64,000 nt of DNA from Caecitellus pseudoparvulus (Eukaryota; Protista; Bigyra: Bicosoecida). Positions 24,462-36,900 of the stretch are shown here, piece after piece. The position numbers and the translations under genes were made by a program. The stretch spans positions 76,144-140,143 of the forward strand of contig CBFFRQ010000077.1 in NCBI GenBank assembly GCA_965644315.1, given 5' to 3'. The stretch's first letter is position 1; each line of letters starts with the position of its first letter. Below the pieces are notes generated by a model that was given only the letters and a program-made list of their open reading frames with translations, had not been told where the DNA came from and did no database searches.

Positions 24462-24540
24462 TGCGCCAATGTAGCAGCTTGTCCCACTCACACACGACCT
24501 CCACCCGCCGCACGCCTCTTGCATTGTCTTGCCGCCTGCT

Positions 24541-26153
24541 TCACTTGGCAGTCCCACACTCACGCACGGCCCGCAGGGCGCTTGGCGTGGGTTCGTGGGT
24601 GGGGGCGAACCTCCGAAACAGGCTTTCCGCCGCGCCGACGCCTCCTCCGCAGCCACACCCACCCCCCTTTGCAGGCCGAGTGTACCAGTACGTCACGCTG
24701 TCGCCACCCTCCCCGCCAGGGGGAGGCGCGGCGGCCGTGGCAGGGCCTTTTGTGACCCACCCCGCCCACTTGGAAGCGTCTGGCCGGTGTTGTGCTGAAA
24801 CTGGCTGCAGCGTGTGCGGCACAGGCGTGTCATGTGCAGCAGGGGGTGCCGGGGGCACACCCGCCACTGCGCCGTCGGCGGCGTTTGAGCCAGAAGCATG
24901 GCCCGTTGCAGCAGCCAGCGCGCGCTGCAACTCATCTGCCAATACTTGCAGCTCAGTCACACGACGAGCAAGCCACATGGCATGCTGCTCCAGCACCTCC
25001 ACGCGCCGCGCGTCTGTGCGTGCTGCCATGTTGCTGCGCAGCTCCTGCAGTGCTTCGGCGTGTTGGCCCTCCGCGCGCTTCGCTGCTTGCCGCGCTGCGG
25101 CTTCCGCCTCCGACGCAGCAGTGCGCTGTGCCTGCAGGTCTTGTTGCAGCGCCTCCAGAGCTGCACTTGTGCGCTGCGCCTCGTCCTTAGCTTCGCTCCG
25201 CGAGGCTTCCAGCGCCTCCTGCGTTTCGCGCAGTGCAGCTTGCGCAGCAGCCAGCTCGTGCTGCAGCGCAGCTTCGCGGTCAGCTGCCTCTGCCCGCACC
25301 TCAGACACCGCCGAATTCACTGCTTGTTCCGTCTGCACAGCCACTGCGTGCGCCACACCGCCCCTCAACTCTGCCACGCTCTGCTCAGCAGCGTCTGCTC
25401 TGGCCCGTTCTGCCGCAAGCGCAGCGTCACGCTGCCCCCTCAGGGTGGCCAGTTCCCCTTCATGCGCAGCTGCTGCTGCAGCCGCTGCAGAAGCCATGCC
25501 ACTGCGCAGCTCGCTCACCTCCTGTGCGGCCTTCGCAGCTGTGTCTGCTGCGGCTTGCTCAGCAGAAGCGGCTGCCGCGTGCAGCTCACACAGGCGCTCT
25601 GCGACGGCAGCAGGGCTGGAGTTGGACGCTGAGATGCCCACAGCCTGCAACTCTGGCCCAGGCGCAGCAAATGTGTCGGACCACTCCTTCACCAGGCGTT
25701 CCAAGTACTGCACACGCCGCTCACGCTCGGCGTCTCGGCTCTGCAGCACCCTCACCAAGTCCTGCACCTCCCGACTCAAGTCATACAAGTAGCGGGCGGC
25801 AAGGGTCTTGGAGCTGTACTTGCCTGCACACTTCTTCTCGTAGTGGTGGCAGCATTTGATGACCTGCTCGTGCAGCGGAGCTGGGGCTGTGGGCGCTGTG
25901 CGGAAATTGAGCAGCCAACGGCATACCACCCACCTGTAGCAACGTCGCTTCTGGAAGCTGGCGGAAGGAGACACCGGAAGAGACAGGCTCAGGAGCCACT
26001 CTGCAGTGAGAAGGTTGCATGTGCCGGGTGCCAGGCCTGGGAAGCCCCCAATGGCAATCCACCTGCTCACCTGTGTCGAGGCTGCGTTGGCAACGGCTGC
26101 TGTGGCTTTGCCCTGCCAACTGTGTCGAATCGCGGCTTGGCCGCAGCCGCCAT
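24541..26153 (-). CDS. Coiled-coil protein of unknown function; introns 26001-26070 and 25864-25933
   Basis: Two 70-nt GT-AG introns give a continuous frame from MAAAAKPRF. Long Ala/Glu/Gln-rich heptad region; no recognisable domain. Confidence 0.65.
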
Positions 26154-26342
26154 GGCTTCTGCGCGGCGCCGGGTGCAGCTGGATCGATAAGGGTAACAAT
26201 CACCTGCATTCATTCCTTGCTTTTCGCGTGCTTGTCGTGCGCTGAGTTGTGTGCGATCAAAAGCTTCTGACCCAGCAACGCACACACACTGCGTTTCTGC
26301 TCCCCGCAAGGGCCTGCAAGATGCGCCTTGCTCGGCACCCAT

Positions 26343-27716
26343 TCACGAAGTGCCACCACCCGATCCAAACTCCTTCATCCACCGCTGCAGCTTCTCCGCA
26401 CTGCCCTGCCCCGTGGAAGCCCGAATCACCGTCAGCGCCTCGTCAAAATCGGCAACAGTCACGTCAGGCACACTCGCCGCTGACGCCCCCAGCAGCCCAG
26501 ACACACCGCCTGCCGCTTGAAGCCGGCGAAGAGGCGCCATGGCAGCCTCCTTGGCCAACGCAGCAAGGTCTGAGCCAGAGTAGCCCGGCGTGGCGGCGGC
26601 AACCCGCTCGAAATCCGCCTCGCTCAGGCTGTGCGGCGTGCCAGTCAACAGGCTGGCCAACAGGGCAGCGCGCTGCTCAGGGCCAGGCAGCGGGATGTGG
26701 ATGCGTTTCGGCAGGCGCCGCAAGAAGGCGTCATCAAGCGCCCACGGCCGGTTCGTCGCAGCCAGCACCATGACGCCCCCCCCAGCACCGGCAGCGCCGT
26801 CCATTTGAACCAGGAACTCTGTCTTGAGTCGCGCGGCGCTGTCCGAGTCACTGTCTCCACGGGTGGACAGCAGGGCATCCACTTCATCCAGGAACACGAC
26901 ACAGGGCGCGTTCCGAGCTGCAGCCCGGAACAACGCCCGCACCTGTTTCTCTCCCTGCCCCATCCACTTACTCGTGACTGAGGCTGCTGACACCACTAGC
27001 AGGCGGGCATGGGCACTGCCCGCCACAGCTCGAGCCAGCAGGGTCTTCCCCGTGCCAGGCGGGCCGAAGAGTAATACGCCCTTGGGCGGGGCCCGCAGCC
27101 CCGAGTACAAGTCAGGCCGCAAGGCGGGCAGCACAACCGCTTCCTGCAACGCAGCTTTGGCAGTGGCCAGCCCGACGATGCTGTCCCAGGCCACGCCTTG
27201 CGAGGGCGGCAGCATGTCCCGCTCAAAGGCAGCCTCCAGCTCGTCCACCGGCGCAGCTTGAGCGCCAGCTGCCGCTGCAGGCGCCCTCTGCTGGTGCCCC
27301 AGCCGAGCCTTGAGGGTCTCAGCATGTCGCAAGTACCGCCCGACATCTGCCTTAATAGCGGCTAGATCAGGGTGGTCCACAGGGAGCTCTGTGGATGTGT
27401 GAGGAGAGGGGGGGGCCCTTGCGTGCTTGGCGTTTCAGCGTTTCACGCAGCTGCTCCACGCACGAGACACGGCGGGCACGACGACTTCCAGTCCTGCCAA
27501 GTACAGCTTGTAGGCAGCACTGGCATGTCCCTTGCGCTCCAGCGCCTCTGCCTGCCTCAAAATGCCCGCACCTCGCTGAGCCTCGTCGAGAGCAGCAGAT
27601 GTGTGTGCTTGATGGGAGGAGGCAGGCTTTGTCTGAGAGCTGCTTGCTGCCGCTGCAGTCGCAGCAGCAGTGCTGCTCTGCAGGGGGGCATCCGGGGCAC
27701 TTGCTCCCGCACCCAT
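26343..27716 (-). CDS. SPAST: Spastin-like microtubule-severing AAA ATPase with MIT domain; intron 27389-27463
   Basis: MIT-like helices, LRPDLYSGLRAPPKGVLLFGPPGTGKT, pore loop TSKWMG, Walker B FLDEVD, RLKTEFLVQMDG, ATNRP and GYSGSDL. Confidence 0.82.
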
Positions 27717-28063
27717 GCTATGGGTGCGGCCACTTGCCAGCGTATTAGGCTCGATGGCTGCGCAGAGTCTCTTCCAACGCCAACTAGCAGAAACGCCACA
27801 ACGAGCGCGTGTCGACTGCCAGGCTAAGCCGCATTCATATGCAGGCAGCAAATTAATTTTCAGCAATGTACACATAGAGGTATTCAGTGGAACTTAGTCA
27901 TTGCCTCTTGTTGTGGCGTAGCAGCGCACACTGCGGCGCGGAAGGTCGGCGTGGCGTGCGGGACCTCGGCACTTTTTCCGCAGTCCACCGGCGAATCTCG
28001 CCGCCAGCTCCCTCGCCTTAGGCGCCGCACAGGGTGCCGTGCCTCACGTGATACCTGGGAAGA

Positions 28064-30128
28064 ATGTTCGATCAGTACCTATGGGTGGTGGTGCTGGGCG
28101 CCATTCTGTCTTTCTTCGCCGCCTTTGGCATCGGCGCCAATGATGTCGGTACGTCATCAGCCCCGGCTCAACACGTGCATGCTCGGGCGCTTGCGACGTG
28201 AGAAGGAACTGATGGCGGCACCACATGTCTGCATTGTGCTGCTCATCGCTTACATCGCAGCCAACGCTTTCGCGACGTCTGTGGGCGCCCGCTCGTGCGT
28301 GCTTCGCTCCGCCCGGCACCAGGGATAATGGCCCGCACCCAACACCCGCCGCACAACGCACCAGGTTGACCCTGCGCCAAGCGGTCCTGGTTGCAGCTGT
28401 TTGCGAGTTCGCAGGGGCCTTCGCCCTCGGCAGCCACGTCACGCAGACCATTCGGTGAGCCCCCCCTTGGCTGCACGCGATGGGGGTACACAGCCTCAAC
28501 CTCACTGCCCACCCTCCACACTCACCGCCCCCTGCAGAGGCGGCATCACACAGGCAGACGCCTTTGAAGACTTCCCCGAGCTGCTCATGGTGGGCATGCT
28601 GTGCGTCATTGTTGCGACGGGCGTGTGGCTGGTGGTGGCGACGCTGCTGCACATGCCCGTGTCGACAACGCAAGCCACAGTCGGCGGCATCATTGGCGTG
28701 GCCCTCGTGGCCAAAGGCACCGCAGCGGTGCAGTGGGAAGGCGTCGGACTCATTGTTGCATCATGGTTCCTGTCACCCGTGCTGTCTGCTGCGCTGTCGG
28801 GGGGGCTGTACGCCTTGGTGCGGCATGTTGTGTTGCGAAGCGACGACAGCTACCAACGTGCCTTTGCTGCGTTGCCGATCCTAGTCGGAGTGACTCTGGC
28901 CATCAACGCCTTCTTCATCGTATATGAAGGGCCTCAGGCGCTCGCTGGCACGCCGCTGTGGCTGGCCATCGTCATTGCGCTGGGCGTGGGGGTCGTCAGC
29001 GGGCTGGTAACTGCCTTTGGCATTGTGCCCTGGGTGCGCCGCCACGTGCAGGCAGACCTGAAAGATGCCGCTGGTGATACCTTGCTGAGCCAGCCATCTT
29101 CAGCCACTGATACGGCCAGCACGACAGGGGCGGAGGCCCCCCATGTGGAAATTGAAATGCCCAGGCAGGAAGGCGACGTGGATGCAGTCGAGGGCGAGTC
29201 AACCGGCAGTGCAGCGTCGGACTCCCACCATGAACAGGGCACGTCGGGTGTATCTGAACCCCAGGAAGACAGGGAAGGTGTACTCGTTGACGATGGGAAC
29301 TCAGATTCAGGCGGTGGAGATGCGGCGGAGGCAGGGCAGGGGCCCGTGCATGCCGAGGCGCCGGTGGCTGAGCCCAGCGAGATCAAAGGTGGTGTCGCGG
29401 CCGAAGATGCAAAGGATGCGCCAGGGCCATCTTCACAAGCAACACCTTGGTGGAGTGTGCTGACTGCGGGCATGGATGTGGATGTGCATCGTGACGGCGA
29501 GGAGGGCGGGCGGGATGCCGCTGTCGCGGGCATGCACGCCGCAGCTGAGGCGTTTGAACCACGCACCGAGCGTGTCTTCAGCTACTTGCAAGTGGTCACC
29601 GCCATGTTCGACTCCTTCGGGCACGGCGCCAATGATGTCGCAAACTCCGTCGGCCCCCTCGCCGCCATCGTGTCCATTTACGAGACGTCGCGAGTGGGCG
29701 GGCAGGCGGAAGTGCCACTGTGGATTCTCGCCTTGGGCGGCGTCGGCCTCGTGGTGGGGCTGGCCACTCTGGGCCACCACATCATCCGCGCCATCGGCGT
29801 CCGCTTGACCAAGGTGACGCCCTCCAGGGGCTTCACCATCGAGCTGGGGGCCGCCTTTGTCATCGTGGTGGGCTCGCGCCTCGGCTTGCCCCTCTCCACA
29901 ACGCAAGCGCAAGTCGGCTCCACGGCGGGGGTGGGGCTCTGTGAGGGCCGCCGTGATGCCGTCAACTGGTCCGAGATCGGCCGTGTGTTCCTGGGCTGGT
30001 GCCTGACGCTGCTTGTGACTGGCTCTCTCTCAGCTGCTCTCTTCGCATTTGCCGTGTTCTCACCCAACCTCGAAGCTGGAACAGCGGCTGAAGGGCTGAG
30101 TGTGCCTGGAAACTCCACCATGGTGTGA
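28064..30128 (+). CDS. PiT/PHO4 (SLC20) family phosphate transporter; introns 28149-28260, 28295-28364, 28455-28537
   Basis: Two signature motifs (GIGANDVANAFATSVG; HGANDVANSVGP), PVSTT and PLSTT, TPSRGFTIELGA, multiple TM helices and a large acidic loop. Confidence 0.93.
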
Positions 30129-30989
30129 TGCCCGTGGATGATTCAGTGCTGGCATTGCCGGGCAGCTACCGGGCTTGGCGAGGAAATTCACGTCTTCATG
30201 AACTCGTGTGAGGTTTGCAGAGATCTTGACAGTGACTTGGCTGTGGAAGTAGCCCTTGGTTCTGCTGTTGGTTTGAGTGTGAATGCGTGCAGAGACTAAG
30301 CTCATTATGGAAAACGCGCAGTGTGTATCTTGGGGCGATGTTGAACTTCAATGTCCGCGGTTTGTGGTTGAGCGTCGAGAATGCGGAACTTGCGGGTTTG
30401 AGACATGCTGAGGCACGGTGAAGTGCAGACACGCTGCATTGGCGGTGTGGAAAGCCAAAAACTGCTGGGCATCAGCGGCTTACACGATCCTACTACCATG
30501 CTCACGATGTTTGGCTGCCACACTTGAAGCGTTGCTCGTTTCCTTAGCTCAGCTGAGAATCCATCAATTTCCGCAGATGCCGCGTTGCAATGGGCCAACA
30601 GAAACACAACCTGCACACAGCAACAATCGCTCAAAACCTAAAGATCATGGCAGTCTTCAAAGCTTCTCAGCCTGCTTGATCCCATTCCAGCATTCTGGAG
30701 CCTGGCTGTGCATGAAGTTCTGCGAGGGAAGGATTCCACCACGCTGCCCAGACAGCAAACGACCTGTGCAGCAAAGTCAAAGCCCCCCAAGCGCGACACG
30801 CTTTGCCAGGCGAATCCATACACCCTGTGTCTTGTTTCAGATTTGTTGTTTGCCGCCTAACGTAAAGGCTCCGCCCTGTCCGCATCATCGGGAGGAGCGG
30901 AAGAGATGGGTCACCATGCTGCGGGTTTCCCGGCTACTGGGAGACAAGCAGGCAGATGCGCCCCCCTTCGCGGTGCCTCACCACTGTCG

Positions 30990-33900
30990 ATGGCACTCAT
31001 TGCAGCATTGGTGCTGTCCCAGGTATCCCGATCGGTGGCACAATTGGAGATGATCAGGGAGGACTCTGACGTTCTTCCCGAAGGTCTCCCTGACGTTCTG
31101 GTAAAGAGCGACGCCACTGAGATTGAGCCAGATACGTTCTCTGAACTCGACAGGTATGACATAGTGAACAGCATGCAATTATTCCTGCCCAACCTTGTGC
31201 GGCTGCCCGAGATGGCCTTTGGCGGGCGGAGGTTGCACATCCTAGGGATGTTCTACTTGAATGCCCCGAGGCTGGAGCACATTGAGGAAGGAGCTTTCGA
31301 AGGCCTTTCTGGGGTTTCAGCCTTGGTTCTCCGCAGTACTCTCGCAGAGTATCCCACGGAGGCCCTCTCCGTCTTCAATGAAGTCGCCGACCTATTCGTG
31401 ACGGGCGAATTCTCTGAGCTGCCCATCGGCGCGTTGGAGCACCATCCAAACCTTCAATCATTGGACCTGCAAGAGACAAAGATAGCATGGCTCTACGCGG
31501 GGGCTTTGTCAGGGCTTCCCCGGTTCGATTCAGATCGCCGACTGCATCTCCCAGAATCTGCTTCAAGGTGCGAAGGCATCCCCCGATCCAGCTCGTCGGT
31601 GCATTGGAACTGTGAGCGCCTCACCTTGAAAAAGGACGACGATGATGGCATTCGCTGGTGTTTCTGCAGGCGATTTCATCCACATGCAGGATATGTCTGG
31701 AAGTCCCACCTCGGCGAATCAGCCCTCGCTGCCAGCTCTCCACCTGGCGATGACACCGACAGTTTCGATCGGTGCTACCCACCCTCCTCAACTCTAAGTA
31801 TGTGCACGACTGATGGAGCAAGCACGAGTGAGTATTGTTCAATATCCCCTCCATGCTAGAGCGAGTCAATGCCTTCCACTTTGCTCGACCACAGGAGTTT
31901 GCCCAGCAGGGGAGTATGTTTGGAAGTCTTTCTTCTTCACGTATTGCAGATCATGCGCAAAGGGAAGGTACCTCCCTGGTCCACACGCACAGACATCATG
32001 CTCAGACTGTGAAATCGGTAGGTACCAGCCCTCAACCGGGCAATCTAGTTGCCTGCCTTGCGCTGGTGCAAGGGAAACTGGAAGCACGGACTGCACTGCG
32101 ACTGCTTGCGAGCCCGGCGAGGCTCCGAGTTCCACATCATCTGACGGGCCTGTGGTTGAAGAGGGCAAGGAGGACACTGTCAGTGACGGAGGCGGCGACT
32201 TTAAGGTAGTGGAAGACGTAAGTCCAAAGGACGACGAAGCAGTCATTGACGCCGGTGGCGATAAGCCTATTTCAGTTGATACGTCGACTTACTCTTCGTC
32301 TTGCAGTGGCTGCACTGAGCTCATGAAACGCCTTCTCCAGAAAAATAGCTGGAGCAGTTCATTTCTTGCTAGCAGCTCTGAGAATCGGGGGTTATCCAGG
32401 CTGCTTCAGACGCAGGAGGCGACTGCGGTGGTGCATGGGAACGACCCATTCCGTCTGCTGCTCAACTCAGACACTGGTCCCTTTCTCCAAGTGGAATCAA
32501 TGACGAAGTCTCTGGCAAGTTCAACGCTTGTCACTCAATGGAAAGCGCCGAAGAGTACTCACCGGCGACTGGCAGCCTGCGAGAAGTGTGACCCAGGCAA
32601 GTACGGCACAGATGGCAAGTCTTGCAAGCCTTGCGAAGATGGTACGTTTTCAAGCACAAAAGGAGCGAAGGAGTGCGAGACTTGGAGAACTTGTGGCGCT
32701 GGACAGCGCGTGGATACCCGCGTGACGCCATCTACAAGTGTGGATCGCGCCTGCACGGAATGCCCAGGTGGCACCCTCCAAACTTCCCCTTCCCACACCC
32801 ACACAACTTGCGAAGCCCACACTGGATGCGGCGCAGGGACGCGAGTCCTCTCGCCCGGAACCTCGACATCTAACCCAACGTGCACCAGCTGCACGGGGTC
32901 AACGTGGCAGGGATCCAGCAACTTCTTCGGCAAGTCGTGCGCTCCCCGCAGCACATGTCCAGCTGGCACGTACCAGACTTCACCCGGCGACTTCAAGACG
33001 GACCGAAAATGCGAGGAGTGCTCGGAAGCCTCGTTCTCCATCTCCGAGAATGCCCCAGCTTGCAACCTATGCAAGCCTTCCTTCTTCGGTACGGGCGTGG
33101 TTGGAGCTCGCAGCTTCGAGGAAGCGTGTGCCGAATGCCCGCCTGGACGCAGCACGCGTGGGGAAGGCATGAAGGATGAGGGCGAATGTGAAGAGTGTAG
33201 AGCAGGAGCGTACCGCAAGGCGGGCATGTCCGCATGCCAGCAGTGCGGCGATGGTAGCTACTCACCCGCCGGTGCAGCGTCGTGCTCTGCTTGCCCCGCC
33301 GGCTGGTACGGGCGTGGGGACGGCCTAGGGCCAGGGTACAAGGATGCCTGCGCACCTTGCGCAGCAGGGAAGGCTTCCACAACCAAGGGTGCCTCCGACG
33401 CCAGCACTTGCACCGCTTGTGGCACAGGCAAGTGGTCCAGTGAAGGCGCCACAACCTGCGCAGCATGCGGAGCTGGCACGTACCGCAACCCATCCACCGG
33501 CTGCCAGCCTTGTCCAGCTGGGCAGTACAGTGGCGGTGGCAAGGACACGTGCACGCTCTGCCCCAATGGGCGGTACCGCACCTCAACTGGTGGTAAGGTG
33601 GAAGAGGACTGCACTGCCTGTCCTGCTGGACGCTACGGACTGGGGACTGGGAAGTCGTCACTTGCAGCTGGCTGCGGCGCCTGCGCAGATGGCGCCTGGT
33701 CTGCTTCTGGTGCTGCTAGCTGCTACGACTGCCCGCCAGGGAAGCACCAGACCAGCGAGGGATGTGCCTCGTGTGGCAAAGGTACATACCAAGATGAACC
33801 CAAGACACTTTCGTGCAAGGATTGCCCTGTTGGCCGCCACAACACCATTCTGGGGCGAAGTACCCTGGATGCCTGCTACTGGTGCCCGGCTGGCAGGTTC

Positions 33901-36900
33901 ACAGGCTCTTCAACAGAACCCTACATACGCAGCACTGGCCGATCATTCTGCACTGATTGCCTGGCTGGGCGGTATCGTGCGGTGGATGAAGGCGGCAATT
34001 GCATCGCGTGTGGCAATGGCGAGTACCAGAGCAGCACCGGAGCCACAGAGTGCACGGCTTGCCCTGTGGGTCGCTACCATGCGACGTCCCAGAGGACTGC
34101 GCTGTCTCAGTGTGCGCTCTGTGCGCCTGGGAAGTACACAGGCTCCGTTCGCAGCAGCACGTGCAGCTCCTGTGACCCTGGTTTGTTTGCCAGTGAGTCT
34201 GGCATGTCAACTTGCACACTTTGTGCCGCTGGACTGTACGCGAGCAGTGGTGGGGTGGCGGCTTGTACTGAGTGTCCAGAGGGCAAGTTCATGGACGGCC
34301 TGGGCGCCACCACTTGCACTTCATGTCCCTCTGGGCGGTACCAGGACGGGGTTGGCAGCACGGTGTGCAAGGCTTGCCCAGCTGGTCGGCACCGAGACAT
34401 TGAGCTCATAGAACATGCTGGCGCTACACAGTGCTACGCATGTGCGCCGGGCAGTTTCACGTCTCGAGAAGGCGTGCACATCACTTGCTCAGCGTGCACG
34501 CCAGGCTTCCACCAGGCAGAGTGGGGTCAGACTGGCTGTGACACGTGCAACTGGGGCACGCACTCGCCAGGCTCAGGAGCATCTTCGTGCACAGTCTGCC
34601 CATCCGGTCGATACGAAGACAGCACCACCAGTGCTGTGATTGAGTGCAAGACCTGCCCCAAGGGGCACAAGTGCAGCGGCACTGGGCTGACTGCAGCACA
34701 GAAGTGCCCCCTTGGCCAGCACCAGCCCTTGACAGGGCAAACGGTCTGCAAAGCCTGCGGCGTTGGGACGTACGCTGGCAGCACAGGACTGGTGGACTGC
34801 ACCATGTGCTCCAAGGGGCAGTTCCAGTCTGAGACAGGGCAGTCTCTTTGCGTGGACTGCGAAGGCGGCCGATACTCGGGCACAACCGGGCAGTCCACCT
34901 GTGATGCCTGCCCCGCAGGCAAGCATGGAGGGGTTGGGCTGTCTGTGTGCCAGAACTGCCAAGCTGGCTGGGCACAAGGCAGCACTGGCAAGTCGACATG
35001 CGTGCTGTGTGGTGCAGGCAAGTTCCAGGGCGGATCTGGGGCAACGCTGTGCGAAGCATGTGCGCCAGGAACAGTGAGCGGTGCGCCAGTTTTCTTCATC
35101 TCCACCACCTGGAACCTTGCATGCAGTGCCTGTGAAGTGGGTAAATCTCAGCCAAACTCTGAAAAGGCAACGTGTGAGCCATGTGCGTCAGGCAAGTACC
35201 AGCCTTCCATGGGCAAGAGCGAGTGCCTCAACTGCCGACGCGGGGCGTACATGTCGAGCACAGGCGCGACAGCCTGCACGACATGCCCTGCCGGGCGGGC
35301 GACTCACTTGACAGGGCAGGGCACTTGCTCCACATGCCCCACTGGGAGGTATGCGTTGGGCGCGGCCAAGGGTGACCTGTCCAAGTCGTACTTGAACTCG
35401 TACTGCATGTGGTGCGGCCCAGGCACGATGTCGCTCGGCAACACTGGGAAGTCGACAGGCATTCTCGCAGGGGCCGTGTCCGAGGCCGTGCCTGGCTGGT
35501 CCGTTCTCGGTGTGGACGGCGTGTACGATACGAAGCACTCACTTGCAACTCCTGCTGTCATCGCGGCATCACGGCCGCCCAACGAAGCCAAGGGGCTGTG
35601 GCGCCTGCCACTGAGTGAGGCAGCTGCACTCACAAGCACGATACATGTCACACCAGAGATGGACAAAGTGATGAAAGCAGTGCTGGGAGGAGAGGGCTGC
35701 CTCATGTGCACTCCAGGCAAGGCCACCTCAGGCTGGAGTCAAGGTTCCTGCACGAACTGTGAGCCAGGACTGTACCAGCCAGGGCACGGCCACCGCTTCT
35801 GCAATGCCTGTCCAAGTGGAAAGTACTCTGCAGAGAAGACAATCGGCGGCGTGTCGCGCGGCAGCACAGTCGGGGCGACGGCTTGCTGGGACTGCCCTGC
35901 AGGTCGCATGCAGGTCATGCGGGGCATGAGCACCTGCTCCAGATGCAGCCCTGGCTTCTTCAGCTCAGGTGTAGGCCAGGAAGTTTGCTCCCCCTGCCCT
36001 GCTGGTCGCTTCACAAGTGGCTACGGGGCCACTGAGTGCGATCGGTGCCCGGCTGGCAAGAGCAACCTGGTCGTGGGGCAGAGCGTCTGCGTGGACTGCT
36101 CCCCCGGGACGTACGCAGCAGGCTCTGGCATGAAGTTGTGCACACTGTGCTCCCCGGGCACATTCACGGATGCCACTGGCGTGTCGGCCTGCAGTCAGTG
36201 TGGAACAGGCAAGTACACTAGCTCTGCAGGCCGGACAGAGTGCCAGTCCTGCCCCGCTGGCAAGCACTCCAGTCTCATGGCCACACACAGCATCGGAGCT
36301 AGCATTTGCCAGGACTGTGCCAGAGGGCGGTACAGCCCCGAGGCAGGTGCTGAGCAGTGCACGAAGGCAACTCCAGGCAGGTACGTGTCAGGGCGAGGAC
36401 AGAGCACCACACAGGCTTGCCCTGTTGGAAGGTTCAGTCGGGAACACGCCGCGGCTCCCAGCGAGGGAGCACTGGTTCCACCCTCAGCGGTTCCCATGCC
36501 AGGCGGCGTGGGCGTGCCAGTCATGGACTCCTCCGTCACTTGTGAGCTGTGCCATGCTGGCAAGTACTGTGATACTCCCGGCATGACACTCAGCGACGCG
36601 AAGCTGTGCAAGGCTGGGCGATGGGGGAGGCCAGGGGCGACTTCGCCGGCTTGCCACGGGTCCTGCCCGGCTGGTCGTATGTGCCCAGACGGCACGGCTG
36701 AAGGCGCCTCCCGACCCTGCACTGCGGGCACGTTCTGCCCGGCGGGAACAGGCGCAACAGGAACTCGGGTGACATCTGGATTCTACTCCTACGATTCGGC
36801 CGGTGGTAGTGCCAGCATCACAGGCGGCACAGACCAGGCCCGTTGTCCACCTGGGCATTTCTGTGTCGACGGCAAGCTCGAGAAGTGCCCTGCCGGGCGA

